DNA of 59,379 nucleotides, filler included, from 3 parts of 3 records of this genome joined end to end with filler, not necessarily neighbours in it; one strand, 5' to 3'; positions 40,689 to 50,707 are shown, counted from the first letter of the whole stretch. Notes: generated from the sequence alone by a model not told the origin. Numbers and translations: made by a program.

Positions 40689-40976
40689 TTATTCCAGAAA
40701 CAGGCCGTCATTGTCCGGTTCCTGGGTCAGTAGCTGGTGATACTCGATTTCACGCATGAGCACTTCCTGGTCCAGTGGCTCCAGCACCCGATTGAGCAAT
40801 GACGAGGTGGGATCCTTCTTTTCCAGCTTTACTTCACGGTCTTTCCAGGGAACCACGTTCAGCACCGTGGGGGCTTCCTGGGTCCCGATCACGTTGGTCG
40901 ATGGTTCGCTCGAGTCATCGGCGGCATGGCTGGCAGCAGCCAACAGCAGTGCAGCAAGAGTCAACAGGCTTCGCAT
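40689..40976 (-). CDS. Small secreted protein, GltF/CglF-like
   Basis: Sec signal ending ASHA; VIGTQEAPTVLNVVPWK motif; position between the TPR lipoprotein and motor genes. Confidence 0.65.
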   Translation of the reverse strand: MRSLLTLAALLLAAASHAADDSSEPSTNVIGTQEAPTVLNVVPWKDREVKLEKKDPTSSLLNRVLEPLDQEVLMREIEYHQLLTQEPDNDGLFLE

Positions 40977-41740
40977 CAGTTTATCTCCCCGGGGTTAAGG
41001 GTCGAGCCGTTTTCGGCCACTGGTTGGCTGGGCTGTTCCGGTGCACGACGCTCCAGATCGACAATCCAGTTGGCCACGTTTTCGTCCGGCAGTTTCTGAA
41101 GATTCTGGTAGGCACGGAAATGATTGAGCGCCAGGTTCATGTCTTGCAGGTACAGCTCGCCGAGTACGGCCAGGTTGAAATGGGCGCGGGCATACTTGGG
41201 ATCAAGCACCAGGGCGCGTTCATAATGAATACGAGCGTTATCGAATTCGCCTTGCTCGCGCAGGGCCAGGCCCAGCCCATTGTGGGCATAGGGGTTGGCA
41301 TCATTGATGGCCAGGGACTGCTCGAAGGCCGCACGGGCCTTGTCGTAATCCTCCAGTTCCATCTGTATCAAGCCGATGTTGAGCTGCGGGCCGGACAGTT
41401 GCGGATAACGTTCGGCCAGGGACTGGAACATGACCAGTGCCTGTTCGTTGTTGCCTGCCATGCGAGTTTGCAGGGCACGGGCGTACTCGCCCATGGCCTG
41501 TTGCGCGACTTTTTCGACTTTCGGGTCGTGGGGCACGGGTGGAATATGCACGGCATCACTGTCGGCGGCAGCGGCGCCACTTTTTTGCTGTTCATATTTG
41601 CTGGTGTTGCCTTCGGCAGTGCCGTCCAGTCCGCCCCCCTGGTTAATGGCACAGCCCGCGAAGAGCAGTGCCAGCAAGAGGGCCGCGCCGCGTGTTACGT
41701 GCTGCGTGCAGCGTGTGGCGTTAATAAATAATGTCGACAT
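40976..41740 (-). CDS. TPR lipoprotein (GltE/AglT-like)
   Basis: Lipobox LFAG/C; TPRs (AHNGLGLALREQGEFDNA, AHFNLAVL..LY). ATG at 41740 has a GAGAG RBS. Confidence 0.82.
   Translation of the reverse strand: MSTLFINATRCTQHVTRGAALLLALLFAGCAINQGGGLDGTAEGNTSKYEQQKSGAAAADSDAVHIPPVPHDPKVEKVAQQAMGEYARALQTRMAGNNEQALVMFQSLAERYPQLSGPQLNIGLIQMELEDYDKARAAFEQSLAINDANPYAHNGLGLALREQGEFDNARIHYERALVLDPKYARAHFNLAVLGELYLQDMNLALNHFRAYQNLQKLPDENVANWIVDLERRAPEQPSQPVAENGSTLNPGEIN
41691..41722 (+). repeat. CGTGNNR heptamer tandem repeat inside the signal-peptide n-region
   Basis: CGTGTTA CGTGCTG CGTGCAG CGTGTGG CGTT; encodes NATRCTQHVTR on the minus strand. Confidence 0.55.
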
Positions 41741-44666
41741 AGCTCTCAACCTGTTCAAACTTCGCATAACGGCCGGGAATCAGCTCTGCTAACGCGGTAA
41801 AGCTCTTTTTTACCCACTGGTCATAGATGTCATCGGTGACCAGATTGGCATTGGCGATAAGAATATCGATGGCCTGGTCCTCATAGGGGAGGGCCTTGTC
41901 TTCAAGCAGCATGGTGTACTCTTCAAGCTCCAGTTCATCCATGCCGTTGGGGCGTTCCGACTTGATCAGGTCCTTGGCCAGCACGCGATACATCTCACCA
42001 ATTTTGTAGTTGGCTGCGGTGGCGTATTCAGCGACGCCAATATGGGCAACAGCCTGGTAATCGGCCAGTGCTGTTTTCATCACCGTGGTCTTGGCGGCCA
42101 GCGAGGTTTTCAGCGGCTGCTCAAGCTTGATGCGATTGAACTCCTGGAAGTTCGGTTCGGCCAGGGTGAAGCTGGCATAAGCGGCCAGCCAGGCCACGCG
42201 ATCATTGGCATCATTGCCGGCATCACGATAACTGGTGACGAGCTGTTGCAGCCAGTAGGTTTCCCGCCCGCTGTTGCCGGTTTTGCGGTTCAGTTCTACC
42301 AGCCTGAACTGGGCTTCAGAGCGGAAGTCATAAGGCTGCGGCCATTCCTGCAGGTACTGCTCGTAGAGCGCAATGGACGCCTGCGGCTTCTCGGCGCGGT
42401 CCTGCATTTCTGCGGCGCGCCACATGGCCTGGCGGGCCAGTTCATCGTTCTCGCCTTTATGGTTGGCGGCGATCAGGGTCAGCTCACCGGCAGCGGCGGT
42501 ATAGTTGCCTTGCTGTTCGTAGGCCACCGCCAGTTTGTCCGGGATGGTATCGGCCAGCGGATCGTTCGGGTAACGCTGACGGAAGGCTTCCAGGACCGGA
42601 ATGGCATCGGCACTGCGCTGCTGCTGGATGAACAGGGTGGCCGCGTCAAACTCCGCATTCTTGCGCACGGAGGCTTCCGGCACCGCCTCGCCAACCCGCA
42701 GGAAGGTGGCGGCTGCCACATCCAGGTTGCCCTGATCACGCTGCTGTTCGCCCTGACGATAGATGCTGAGTGCCAGTTTTTCTCGGTACTCGGCGCGTTG
42801 CTCAGGCTCCACTTCCAGCAGCAAAAGTTTGTTGTAGGCCATCTCGGCGACCTTGAAGCGGCCCAGATCGAATTCACCGTTAGCAATGGTGGCCCAGCCG
42901 TAGCGGAGCATTGCCGGTTCGGGGGTCGGTTCGCGGGTGACCAGAATGCCGGCGGTTTTTACTGCCCCTTCCACGTCGCCCAGTGCCAGCTGATCTTCGG
43001 CGGTATCGTGTAGCACGTTGGTAGCCTGGGGGTGTTGCGGGAAGTTTTGTCCAAACTTCTGGGCGCTGGCGATTTTCTGTTGGCGCCACTGGGTTGTCTG
43101 TTCTGGCTCCAGCTCGCCATCGAGAATTTTCTGGTAGGCAACCAGACCTGAGAAGGCTGCGTCGCCACCGGTGGTGTGTTCGGGGTAGCCATAGGCGGTG
43201 CGTTCGAACTGCGCAATCGCAGCCGGGTAATCGTTGGCGGCGAACAGCACATCGGCGTAGCGGTGGTTCACGTCACCCTGATTGGCGCTGACGGGGGGCG
43301 TGTCCAGGTATTCCTTGTACCAGCGTGCTGGCGCCTGGTAGTCCGCTGGCTTGCCGGATTTCTGGGCGAGTACATGGTGGTATTCGGCCAGATCAAGAAT
43401 GTGCCCCTTGAGCAGATCCACGTACTGCTGGCGGATATCCGGGTGGCGATTCCAGTACTCGCTGTTCACCCCATAGTGGTCGATGAATTTTTCTTTAGCC
43501 GGTAGTACCAGGGTCGGGAAGCCCCCTTTCTGGTAAGACTCGATCTGCAGGGTGGAAAACTCCGGCGCCAGGCGAGAATCCGGGTACACCTGCACGAACA
43601 TATCGTAGGTTTCAGCCGCATCGCGGAAGCGTTCCTGGTTCAGGTAGACGTCGCCGAGGTTGCGGTAAATGTCCGGTTCGTAATCCCGGTTGCCGTTGCG
43701 GGCAAACCAGGCTTTTACGGACTTGGCACCGTTCAGGTTACTGAAGCTGAGGCTGACGACCCGCTGGGTATCACTGAACAGTTTACTTTCCATGCTGGTG
43801 TTATCGGCCAGCACGGCCTGGCCGTTCAGGTTGTCCAGCAGGGTAAAGAAGCTGTCTTGGGCGCGTTCGTATTCACCCAGCTTGTAGTAACTCCAGCCGT
43901 GCTTGTACAACGCCTGGTTATAGAATTCGTTGCGCTCGCCCCGTTCGATGACGTCAGCGTAGGCTTTCTCTGCGTATTCGTAGTCGCCTTCGGAGAACAG
44001 CATTTCGCCGCGACGGAACTGGGATTCCAGTGCCCATTCGCTGTTGGGGTATTGCTCGACCAGGGAATCCAGGCTGCTACGGGCCTTGTCCAGATCCCCA
44101 TCCATGGCGTAGGCCTTGGAGAGCAGATAGTAGGCTTCGGCACGTTCGTTGGCGTCGCTGGTGCTGTTTAGCAGCTCCTGATAGAGCTGGATCGCCGTGC
44201 TGTAGTCCACATCCTCATCGGCGAGCGTGGGGGACATGGTGCCTGCCAGGTCTAGCAGGGCCAGCTTCCGTTCGGTGTCGTCGGTGGTCTGCACCTGGGA
44301 CATGGTGTTGTCGTACACCAACTTGTCGACTTTTTGCTCCAGCTGCTCGTCTTCTTGCTGGGCAATCTGCATGTCCTGCTCGGTGGCAGAGGCCAGTGCC
44401 AGGTCGGCCATGCGCCGCAGGGTTTTGGCCCGGCGTTGCGGGTCGTCGAACAGTTCAGCCGCCTGGCGGTAGCTGTTCAGGGCATCCTGAGTGGAGGCGC
44501 TTTCCAGTTGCTGCTCTTCAATGACAATGTCTGTGCTTTCCAGGTCCGCCAGGGTGGTTCCCCCGAAACGGGCCTGTTGCTCCAGGGTGCCACTTGGCGG
44601 TGCGGATGCGCAGCCCCCCAAGGCCACCATCGCTGCAGCCAGACTGTGCAGGCGAAATCGTTTCAC
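41721..44666 (-). CDS. Large TPR lipoprotein (GltD/AgmU-like)
   Basis: 981 aa, lipobox LGG/C and many TPR-like helical repeats (EAYYLLSKAY, ESQFRRGEMLF, ALYKHGWSYYK). Confidence 0.85.
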   Translation of the reverse strand: MKRFRLHSLAAAMVALGGCASAPPSGTLEQQARFGGTTLADLESTDIVIEEQQLESASTQDALNSYRQAAELFDDPQRRAKTLRRMADLALASATEQDMQIAQQEDEQLEQKVDKLVYDNTMSQVQTTDDTERKLALLDLAGTMSPTLADEDVDYSTAIQLYQELLNSTSDANERAEAYYLLSKAYAMDGDLDKARSSLDSLVEQYPNSEWALESQFRRGEMLFSEGDYEYAEKAYADVIERGERNEFYNQALYKHGWSYYKLGEYERAQDSFFTLLDNLNGQAVLADNTSMESKLFSDTQRVVSLSFSNLNGAKSVKAWFARNGNRDYEPDIYRNLGDVYLNQERFRDAAETYDMFVQVYPDSRLAPEFSTLQIESYQKGGFPTLVLPAKEKFIDHYGVNSEYWNRHPDIRQQYVDLLKGHILDLAEYHHVLAQKSGKPADYQAPARWYKEYLDTPPVSANQGDVNHRYADVLFAANDYPAAIAQFERTAYGYPEHTTGGDAAFSGLVAYQKILDGELEPEQTTQWRQQKIASAQKFGQNFPQHPQATNVLHDTAEDQLALGDVEGAVKTAGILVTREPTPEPAMLRYGWATIANGEFDLGRFKVAEMAYNKLLLLEVEPEQRAEYREKLALSIYRQGEQQRDQGNLDVAAATFLRVGEAVPEASVRKNAEFDAATLFIQQQRSADAIPVLEAFRQRYPNDPLADTIPDKLAVAYEQQGNYTAAAGELTLIAANHKGENDELARQAMWRAAEMQDRAEKPQASIALYEQYLQEWPQPYDFRSEAQFRLVELNRKTGNSGRETYWLQQLVTSYRDAGNDANDRVAWLAAYASFTLAEPNFQEFNRIKLEQPLKTSLAAKTTVMKTALADYQAVAHIGVAEYATAANYKIGEMYRVLAKDLIKSERPNGMDELELEEYTMLLEDKALPYEDQAIDILIANANLVTDDIYDQWVKKSFTALAELIPGRYAKFEQVESYVDIIY

Positions 44667-46579
44667 GATCCTTTCCTCTGATTTTTCTCACCGGAGACAG
44701 ACGAATCCTGCAGGCGGGCAATGGCCAGATGTGCCTCGGCCAACTGGTCAGCCAGCTTTTGCTGGTTGGCGTGGAGCAGGGCGAGGGCGTCGGCCTGCAT
44801 GTTTTGCTCCAGGGCCAGCAAGGTGTCTTCTGTCAGATGCTTTATTTGTTTTATTTTCTGGTCTTGTGCGGCGAGGCGTTGGCCTACGTCGTCACGGGTA
44901 CGCAGGGTGGCGTCCCGGATCTGTTGGCTTATCGCCGCAATACGTTGTGCCAGTATCTGGCTTTCTTCGCGTAATTGGGTAGCAGCTTGCACTTGTTGTT
45001 CGCGTTGTTCCACCGACTGGTGGGCAATATCCCAAAGTAACAGGCCGCGAACCCGGCGCAGGCGAATGGCGTTGTTGTGGTCGGAACCGGGGATACGGCC
45101 GAATTGATGGGCGAGGGCGTCGACTTTCTTCCACATGATGGCCTGTTCAGCATTGGCCACATCGGCAGGCTTCACCAGGTCCACATAGTTGGGGATGCGG
45201 TTGGCCAGTTTGTCGCTGGCCTGGCTGAGCGCCTCCTGGCGGCTCATCAGGCCGGTGACCTGCCCGCGAACATGGGGCAGGTTTCGGCTCAGCATCTCAC
45301 GCTGTTGCTGGTAGCTTTGCTGCAAGGCGGGCAGTGATTCCTGCCAATGCTCCACCATGCTCTTGATCTGCTGGATCTGGCGGTAGTGCTCAAAGCGTTG
45401 GGCAAAGTGGTTACTGGAGAACAGCTTGTACAAATACGAGAGTTCGCCACCTCTGGCCATGTCATCGGTGTTGGCGGGCAGCAGGCCGGCGGCATTTTCG
45501 TCTTCAGGGAGCAGCGCTTCGGACCAGCCGGGTTTGGCGATGTTGTCGATGGCGCGCTGAATGTCCTTGAGGCCCTCACGGTATTGCGTGGCCGCATATT
45601 GATAGCCCGACAGGGCCTGGGGTAAGCCGCCGAGTTCTTCGTAGGCGCGTGGGGCGAGCATCAGCGCTTCCTGTACGGACGGGTGGCTGCTGTTGCGGCG
45701 CACGGCTTCCAGCCACAGGGGCAGGGCGCGTTTCACGTCGCCGGCACGGTAGTTCGCCAGGCCCAGAGCGAGCAGGGCATCTTCGGAGAAAGGACCGTCG
45801 CTGCGTACCTGGCGCAGATCAGCGCGGGCACTTTCCAGGTTGCCGTCTTTCAGTTCTGTCAGGCCTGACGCCAAGGCCGCCCGGTCACGCAGAGCCAGCG
45901 CCTGATCGCTGCTGCCCCCTGCGGACAGCAAGGATTTAAGCAGCTCAAGGCCCTGATCCTGATGGCCGGCCCGAATCAGCGCTACGCCCATGTTGTAGCT
46001 GGCGTAACGGCCTTCATCGGTATTCAGGGGTACGGAATGGAGGTAGTCCAGGGCACCGGTAAAGTCGCCCTCGGCCATGAAGATATTGGCCAGCATCAGG
46101 CGGCGGCGAGCTTCGTCAACGGCCTCCAGCCCTTTCATGTTTTCGCCATCGAGAATCATGGCCGCGTCGGTGTAGTTGCCTTCGCGGTAATGCAAGGCGG
46201 CCTTGTGCAGCCAGGTCTGGGCGCGGGTGCGGCTGAGGATGTCCTTGGCCAGCAGCCGGTTGAAGATGGTTTCGGCTTTGTCGGGCAGGCCGTAGGTGAC
46301 GTAGAGGTCCCCGAGAACCAGTTCGGCGTAGTCGGTATCTTCGTTGAATAGCTGTTGCTGTTGGTTCACCAGCAGCAGGTTGATGGCATCGAAGTTGGCT
46401 TCGCGATAGTAGTCATACATGACTTCACCGAACGCCAGGTAGCGGTGTTCTTCTGCGCCGAGAATCTGCGGGCCGGTGTCTAGGTCATCAAAAAACTCGA
46501 CTTTTGCCGCGTGGGCAGGCGATAGATTGACCGCAAGCAGCGAATATAACAGCCACCGTTTCATCCGGGGTCGTGTCAT
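44663..46579 (-). CDS. Secreted TPR + coiled-coil protein (GltC-like)
   Basis: Sec signal ending AHA, TPRs and a C-terminal coiled coil; ATGA overlap with the upstream gene. Confidence 0.8.
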   Translation of the reverse strand: MTRPRMKRWLLYSLLAVNLSPAHAAKVEFFDDLDTGPQILGAEEHRYLAFGEVMYDYYREANFDAINLLLVNQQQQLFNEDTDYAELVLGDLYVTYGLPDKAETIFNRLLAKDILSRTRAQTWLHKAALHYREGNYTDAAMILDGENMKGLEAVDEARRRLMLANIFMAEGDFTGALDYLHSVPLNTDEGRYASYNMGVALIRAGHQDQGLELLKSLLSAGGSSDQALALRDRAALASGLTELKDGNLESARADLRQVRSDGPFSEDALLALGLANYRAGDVKRALPLWLEAVRRNSSHPSVQEALMLAPRAYEELGGLPQALSGYQYAATQYREGLKDIQRAIDNIAKPGWSEALLPEDENAAGLLPANTDDMARGGELSYLYKLFSSNHFAQRFEHYRQIQQIKSMVEHWQESLPALQQSYQQQREMLSRNLPHVRGQVTGLMSRQEALSQASDKLANRIPNYVDLVKPADVANAEQAIMWKKVDALAHQFGRIPGSDHNNAIRLRRVRGLLLWDIAHQSVEQREQQVQAATQLREESQILAQRIAAISQQIRDATLRTRDDVGQRLAAQDQKIKQIKHLTEDTLLALEQNMQADALALLHANQQKLADQLAEAHLAIARLQDSSVSGEKNQRKGS

Positions 46580-47094
46580 TGCTGATTCCATTCACGGAAT
46601 TCGAATTTGTGCTGCTGGCTATTCAGGTCATCGACCACCTGCATCTCCACCATTTTGCGGCCGGGGCCCTTGGTGAAGTTGTAGCTGGTGGTTTTCTGGT
46701 AGTCCTTGCCGAGGGGGTCATAGCCGGTGATGGTGGCTTCCATGACATGGCGGCCGCTGGTCAGGTTACCGGTATACAAACGCTGAATACCGCCCTTGGT
46801 GAGGGCTTCGAATTCCTGGTCGGAATAGAAGTGGTAGCCAACATGGTCACCGTCGATGGTCAGGTTGATGTCCACCAGGCGGATTGGGGTGCCCACGTCT
46901 ACAGAGACAAAGATGCTGGTCTGGGGGCTGGCGTAGAGTAATTCCTGCTCCAGCAGGGTGAGGTCCCGGTTCAGGTTGAGGGCTTCGCTCTTGAGTTGGC
47001 GAATCTGCTCGGACAGGCCATCGTCGTCAGCCGCACCGGCAATGGAACACAGGCTCACTAACACGGCGCCGCAGAAGGGCAAAAATGCTTTCAT
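46576..47094 (-). CDS. Secreted hypothetical protein, first gene of the TPR/motor operon
   Basis: Sec signal ending AGA, short coiled coil (LNRDLTLLEQELL) and a beta-rich domain GGIQRLYTGNL..G.H. Confidence 0.78.
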   Translation of the reverse strand: MKAFLPFCGAVLVSLCSIAGAADDDGLSEQIRQLKSEALNLNRDLTLLEQELLYASPQTSIFVSVDVGTPIRLVDINLTIDGDHVGYHFYSDQEFEALTKGGIQRLYTGNLTSGRHVMEATITGYDPLGKDYQKTTSYNFTKGPGRKMVEMQVVDDLNSQQHKFEFREWNQQ

Positions 47095-47246
47095 GGGGTG
47101 GCGATCGCTTCTTTTGTTGTTATGGGCCGGAATCCCGGCGTGCTTTATAGCGTTAGTTGTAATCAGAAGAACGGCTTAAATCAAGGGTAACCATCGGTCA
47201 TGATTGGCCCTTAGCACCACCGGCGGAGGCCTCTATAGTCAAGTTT

Positions 47247-48125
47247 ATGGATAGTAATGATGCGAATTTGCCACTAGTGCTGCGACGGGCACTGTCCGCA
47301 AGGGGCTGGAACCAGCAGATGCAGTATCGGTCCGGTGCGGGTGGGGACACTGCCAATAGCGGTTTGCTGACGCATTCGGGGGGCCGTTGTTTTGTGAAAA
47401 TGCACTCCAATGCCGCATTGCTGGAAGCGGAAGAAGCCGGGTTGCGGGCCTTGGAGCCGTGGCTACGGGTGCCGCGGGTAGAGGGCCGGTACGCCGATGG
47501 GGCGGGCGGGGTGCTGTTTCTGGAAGCCCTGGCGCTGGAGCCTTTGGGGCAGGCTGGGTGGCGGGCTGCCGGGCAAGCCCTGGCCAGGCTTCACAGCGGG
47601 GCCACAAACACGGTGTATGGAGGTGTGGCGGACAACTTTATTGGTGGCATGGCGCAGTACAACAGTGATGAAACCGAATGGCCCCGTTTTTTCGCCCGTC
47701 AGCGGCTGCAGCCACAGTTGCAATGGGCAAGGCAGAAGGGGTTGCCGGCATCGGCCGGCCGGGTTGTGCATCGGGTTATCGACCATCTGTCGAACTGGTT
47801 GCCGCGCAGGCCTGCCAGTGCGTTGTTGCACGGGGATCTGTGGATGGGGAATCTGGGCCAGATTGACGGCGCAGAGCCGGTGTTCTTCGATCCGGCCTGT
47901 TATTATGGCGACCCGCAGGTGGACCTGGCCATGCTGAACCTGTTCGGCCGACCGCCCGAGGTGTTCTACCATGGCTACCAGGGGCATTTGCCGACACCGG
48001 AGCAACGGGCGCGGTGGCCGGTGTATGACCTGTATCACTGGCTGAATCACTTCAACCTGTTTGGTCATCCCTATACTTCAGCCGTTACCAATACGGCCCG
48101 ATTGCTTTGCCGGGAGCTGGAATAG
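47247..48125 (+). CDS. Fructosamine kinase family protein
   Basis: FVK, E..GL, DNFIG..Q.N, LLHGDLW.GN, FDPA.YYG...DLAM and NHFNLFG. Confidence 0.9.
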   Translation: MDSNDANLPLVLRRALSARGWNQQMQYRSGAGGDTANSGLLTHSGGRCFVKMHSNAALLEAEEAGLRALEPWLRVPRVEGRYADGAGGVLFLEALALEPLGQAGWRAAGQALARLHSGATNTVYGGVADNFIGGMAQYNSDETEWPRFFARQRLQPQLQWARQKGLPASAGRVVHRVIDHLSNWLPRRPASALLHGDLWMGNLGQIDGAEPVFFDPACYYGDPQVDLAMLNLFGRPPEVFYHGYQGHLPTPEQRARWPVYDLYHWLNHFNLFGHPYTSAVTNTARLLCRELE

Positions 48126-48161
48126 CTGGCGGCAATACTGATGCTTAACCCAAGGATACCG

Positions 48162-49289
48162 ATGCACATTATCGCCGATGCCAACATGCCCGGTTTGGAA
48201 CCTTTCGAGGCTTTTGCCACCGTTGAGCGAGTGGACGGCCGCACTCTGACCCGGGAACAGCTGGGCGAGGCGGAGATTCTGTTGGTGCGCTCTGTCACCC
48301 GAGTGGACGCCACCTTGCTGGCCGGTTCGCGAGTACGCTTTGTAGGTTCCGCCACCATTGGTACGGACCACGTGGATCTGACGTACCTGGCCCAGGCGGG
48401 CATTCCGTTTGCCCATGCGCCGGGCTGTAATGCCCGTGCGGTGGCGGAATATGTGCTGCAATCCGTGCTATTGCTGTGCGCGGCCCAGGGGCGATGCCCA
48501 CGGGAACCCCGGGTGGCGGTGGTTGGCTTGGGGAACGTGGGGCGCCGCGTAGCGGATTGGCTGGGTGCGCTGGGCATGACAGTTCACGGCTGTGACCCCC
48601 TGCTGGAGAGGGCTGGTTACGCCGGGCCGGTGAGCCTGGCCCCGCTGGATCAGGTGCTGGATGCCGATATCATCACCTTGCATGTGCCGCTGACCCGCAC
48701 AGGGGATGATGCCACCTGGCATTTACTGAATGCCGACCGACTTTCCCGGTTGGGGCCGGAACAGATGCTGATCAATACCTGCCGTGGGCCGGTTATCGAC
48801 AATGCGGCGCTGTCCCGGCAGCTGGCCGATGGTACCGGGCCGTTAACGGTGCTGGATGTGTGGGAGGAAGAGCCGACGGTGCCGCCGACGCTGTATCAAC
48901 AGGTTCTGATGGGCTCGCCGCATATTGCGGGTTACAGCCTGGAAGGCAAGCTCAAGGGGACTCGCATGCTCTATGACGCGGTGTGCGAGTGGGCGGGCAG
49001 GGAAGCGGTGGCTGAGACGGCTGGGGCGGAGGCGCCGGTGTTGCGCCAGTCGGTGGCGAGTGATGCGGACCTGTTGGCGTTACTGCAAGCAGCATATCGA
49101 CTGGACGATGATTACCGGCGATTGGGTGAAAGCTTGAATGAAGCGGCCCCTGCTGCGGCCTTTGATCGCCTGCGTAAGCAGTATCCTGTCCGTCACGAAC
49201 TGCACCACTGGCAGCATGACGGGCCTGTCGCGGACGCCTGGGCGGCGATTATCAGCCGACTTTTTGAGCCCGATGGTATTGCGCGGTAG
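48162..49289 (+). CDS. pdxB: Erythronate-4-phosphate dehydrogenase
   Basis: [41 protein letters not shown] and [11 protein letters not shown]. Confidence 0.94.
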   Translation: MHIIADANMPGLEPFEAFATVERVDGRTLTREQLGEAEILLVRSVTRVDATLLAGSRVRFVGSATIGTDHVDLTYLAQAGIPFAHAPGCNARAVAEYVLQSVLLLCAAQGRCPREPRVAVVGLGNVGRRVADWLGALGMTVHGCDPLLERAGYAGPVSLAPLDQVLDADIITLHVPLTRTGDDATWHLLNADRLSRLGPEQMLINTCRGPVIDNAALSRQLADGTGPLTVLDVWEEEPTVPPTLYQQVLMGSPHIAGYSLEGKLKGTRMLYDAVCEWAGREAVAETAGAEAPVLRQSVASDADLLALLQAAYRLDDDYRRLGESLNEAAPAAAFDRLRKQYPVRHELHHWQHDGPVADAWAAIISRLFEPDGIAR

Positions 49290-49425
49290 GGTATTGCCAC
49301 TGATCTTCCAGGTGCTCACAGGCGCGCTGGATCATGTCTTCGGTAATGGGGATTTCCCGGCCGTCCTCATCGATGATGGCCGCGCCGTGGAACGGTGATG
49401 GTGACGCTGTATTGTTCAGGTTCAT
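49252..49425 (-). CDS. 57-aa small protein (PA1571-like), absent from the ORF track
   Basis: Manual translation [65 protein letters not shown]; divergent from the ATP-NAD kinase. Confidence 0.75.
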   Translation of the reverse strand: MNLNNTASPSPFHGAAIIDEDGREIPITEDMIQRACEHLEDQWQYPTAQYHRAQKVG

Positions 49426-49518
49426 GTTGAATCCCCGCGTTATGCAGATGGTCTTTAAATTTACTTAGGCGCTGCCGGTGACAGCAACGCCATTTTTGTA
49501 TCTGGATATGACCCTTTT

Positions 49519-50664
49519 ATGAAAGTCGATCAAGGTCTTTGTCTCGGTGTGCTGGTCAACCCTTATGCCGGCCTGGGTGGCAGCGTTGCGCTGAAAGGCA
49601 GTGACGGGGTACAGACCCGTGATGAAGCCCTGCGCCGTGGTGCTGAGCCCCAGGCGCCTGGCCGGATGAGCCGGGCGCTCAAGGCGCTGTCCGCCGTCAG
49701 TAATGTGTCCGTTCTGACCTGGGGCGGTGACATGGGCGAGAGCAGTTGCCGGGCAGCCAACGTGCCTTGCACGGTGATTGGTGAGTCGCCCATGCCGAGC
49801 AGCCCGGATGACACCCGTGCCGCCGCTGCCGCACTGAAAGCGGCCGGGGCTGAACTGATCCTGTTTGCCGGTGGCGATGGCACCGCCCGGGATCTGGTGG
49901 ATGCCATTGGTCTGGGCACCCCTGTGTTGGGCGTACCAGCGGGCTGCAAGATGCATTCTGCCGTGTATGCGGTGAATCCCGAGGCGGCGGGAAGTCTGCT
50001 GGCGGAGTTGGCCGGTGGGGGGCTGGTGGCGCTGGAGAGTGCCGAGGTGAGGGACATCGACGAAGCCGCGTTCCGCGAGGGCGTGGTCAAGGCCCGTCAC
50101 TATGGGGAGCTGCAAGTACCAGCAGAAGCCCGTTACCTGCAGCAGGTGAAATGCGGCGGCCGGGAAGTGGAGGACCTGGTGGTTACCGAAGTGGCGGCCT
50201 GGGTGGCAGACAGTCTGGAAGACGACACCTGGTACCTGATGGGCTCTGGCTCCACAGTGGCTGTGGTGATGGAGCAGCTGGGGCTGGACAATACACTGCT
50301 GGGCGTGGATCTGGTCCGCAATGGCGAAGTGGTTGCCGCCGATCTGGGGGCCAGGCAGCTACTGGAGCACATTGGCGATGCGCCGGCCAAAGCCGTGATC
50401 ACCGTGATTGGCGGACAGGGGCATCTGTTCGGCCGTGGCAACCAGCAATTCAGCCCGGCGCTGATTCGCCGCCTGGGCAAAGAAAATATCCAGATACTGG
50501 CTACCCGAACCAAACTGGAAACGCTGGAGGGCAGGCCCTTGCTGGTCGACAGTGGCGACGCGAAGCTGGATAAACAGCTGTGCGGGTTATGGCCGGTGAC
50601 GACCGGCTATGAGGATCAGATCCTTTACCGCGTGGGGACAAATGCGTCTTTAATTGAGGGTTGA
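49519..50664 (+). CDS. ATP-NAD kinase family protein
   Basis: VNPYAGLGG.VALKGSDG, FAGGDGTARD, GVPAGCKMHS and GRGNQQ. Confidence 0.88.
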   Translation: MKVDQGLCLGVLVNPYAGLGGSVALKGSDGVQTRDEALRRGAEPQAPGRMSRALKALSAVSNVSVLTWGGDMGESSCRAANVPCTVIGESPMPSSPDDTRAAAAALKAAGAELILFAGGDGTARDLVDAIGLGTPVLGVPAGCKMHSAVYAVNPEAAGSLLAELAGGGLVALESAEVRDIDEAAFREGVVKARHYGELQVPAEARYLQQVKCGGREVEDLVVTEVAAWVADSLEDDTWYLMGSGSTVAVVMEQLGLDNTLLGVDLVRNGEVVAADLGARQLLEHIGDAPAKAVITVIGGQGHLFGRGNQQFSPALIRRLGKENIQILATRTKLETLEGRPLLVDSGDAKLDKQLCGLWPVTTGYEDQILYRVGTNASLIEG

Positions 50665-50707
50665 TAGCTCTCGCTTGAAGGTTGATTGGTCCGAAAATTA
50701 AAGAGGC

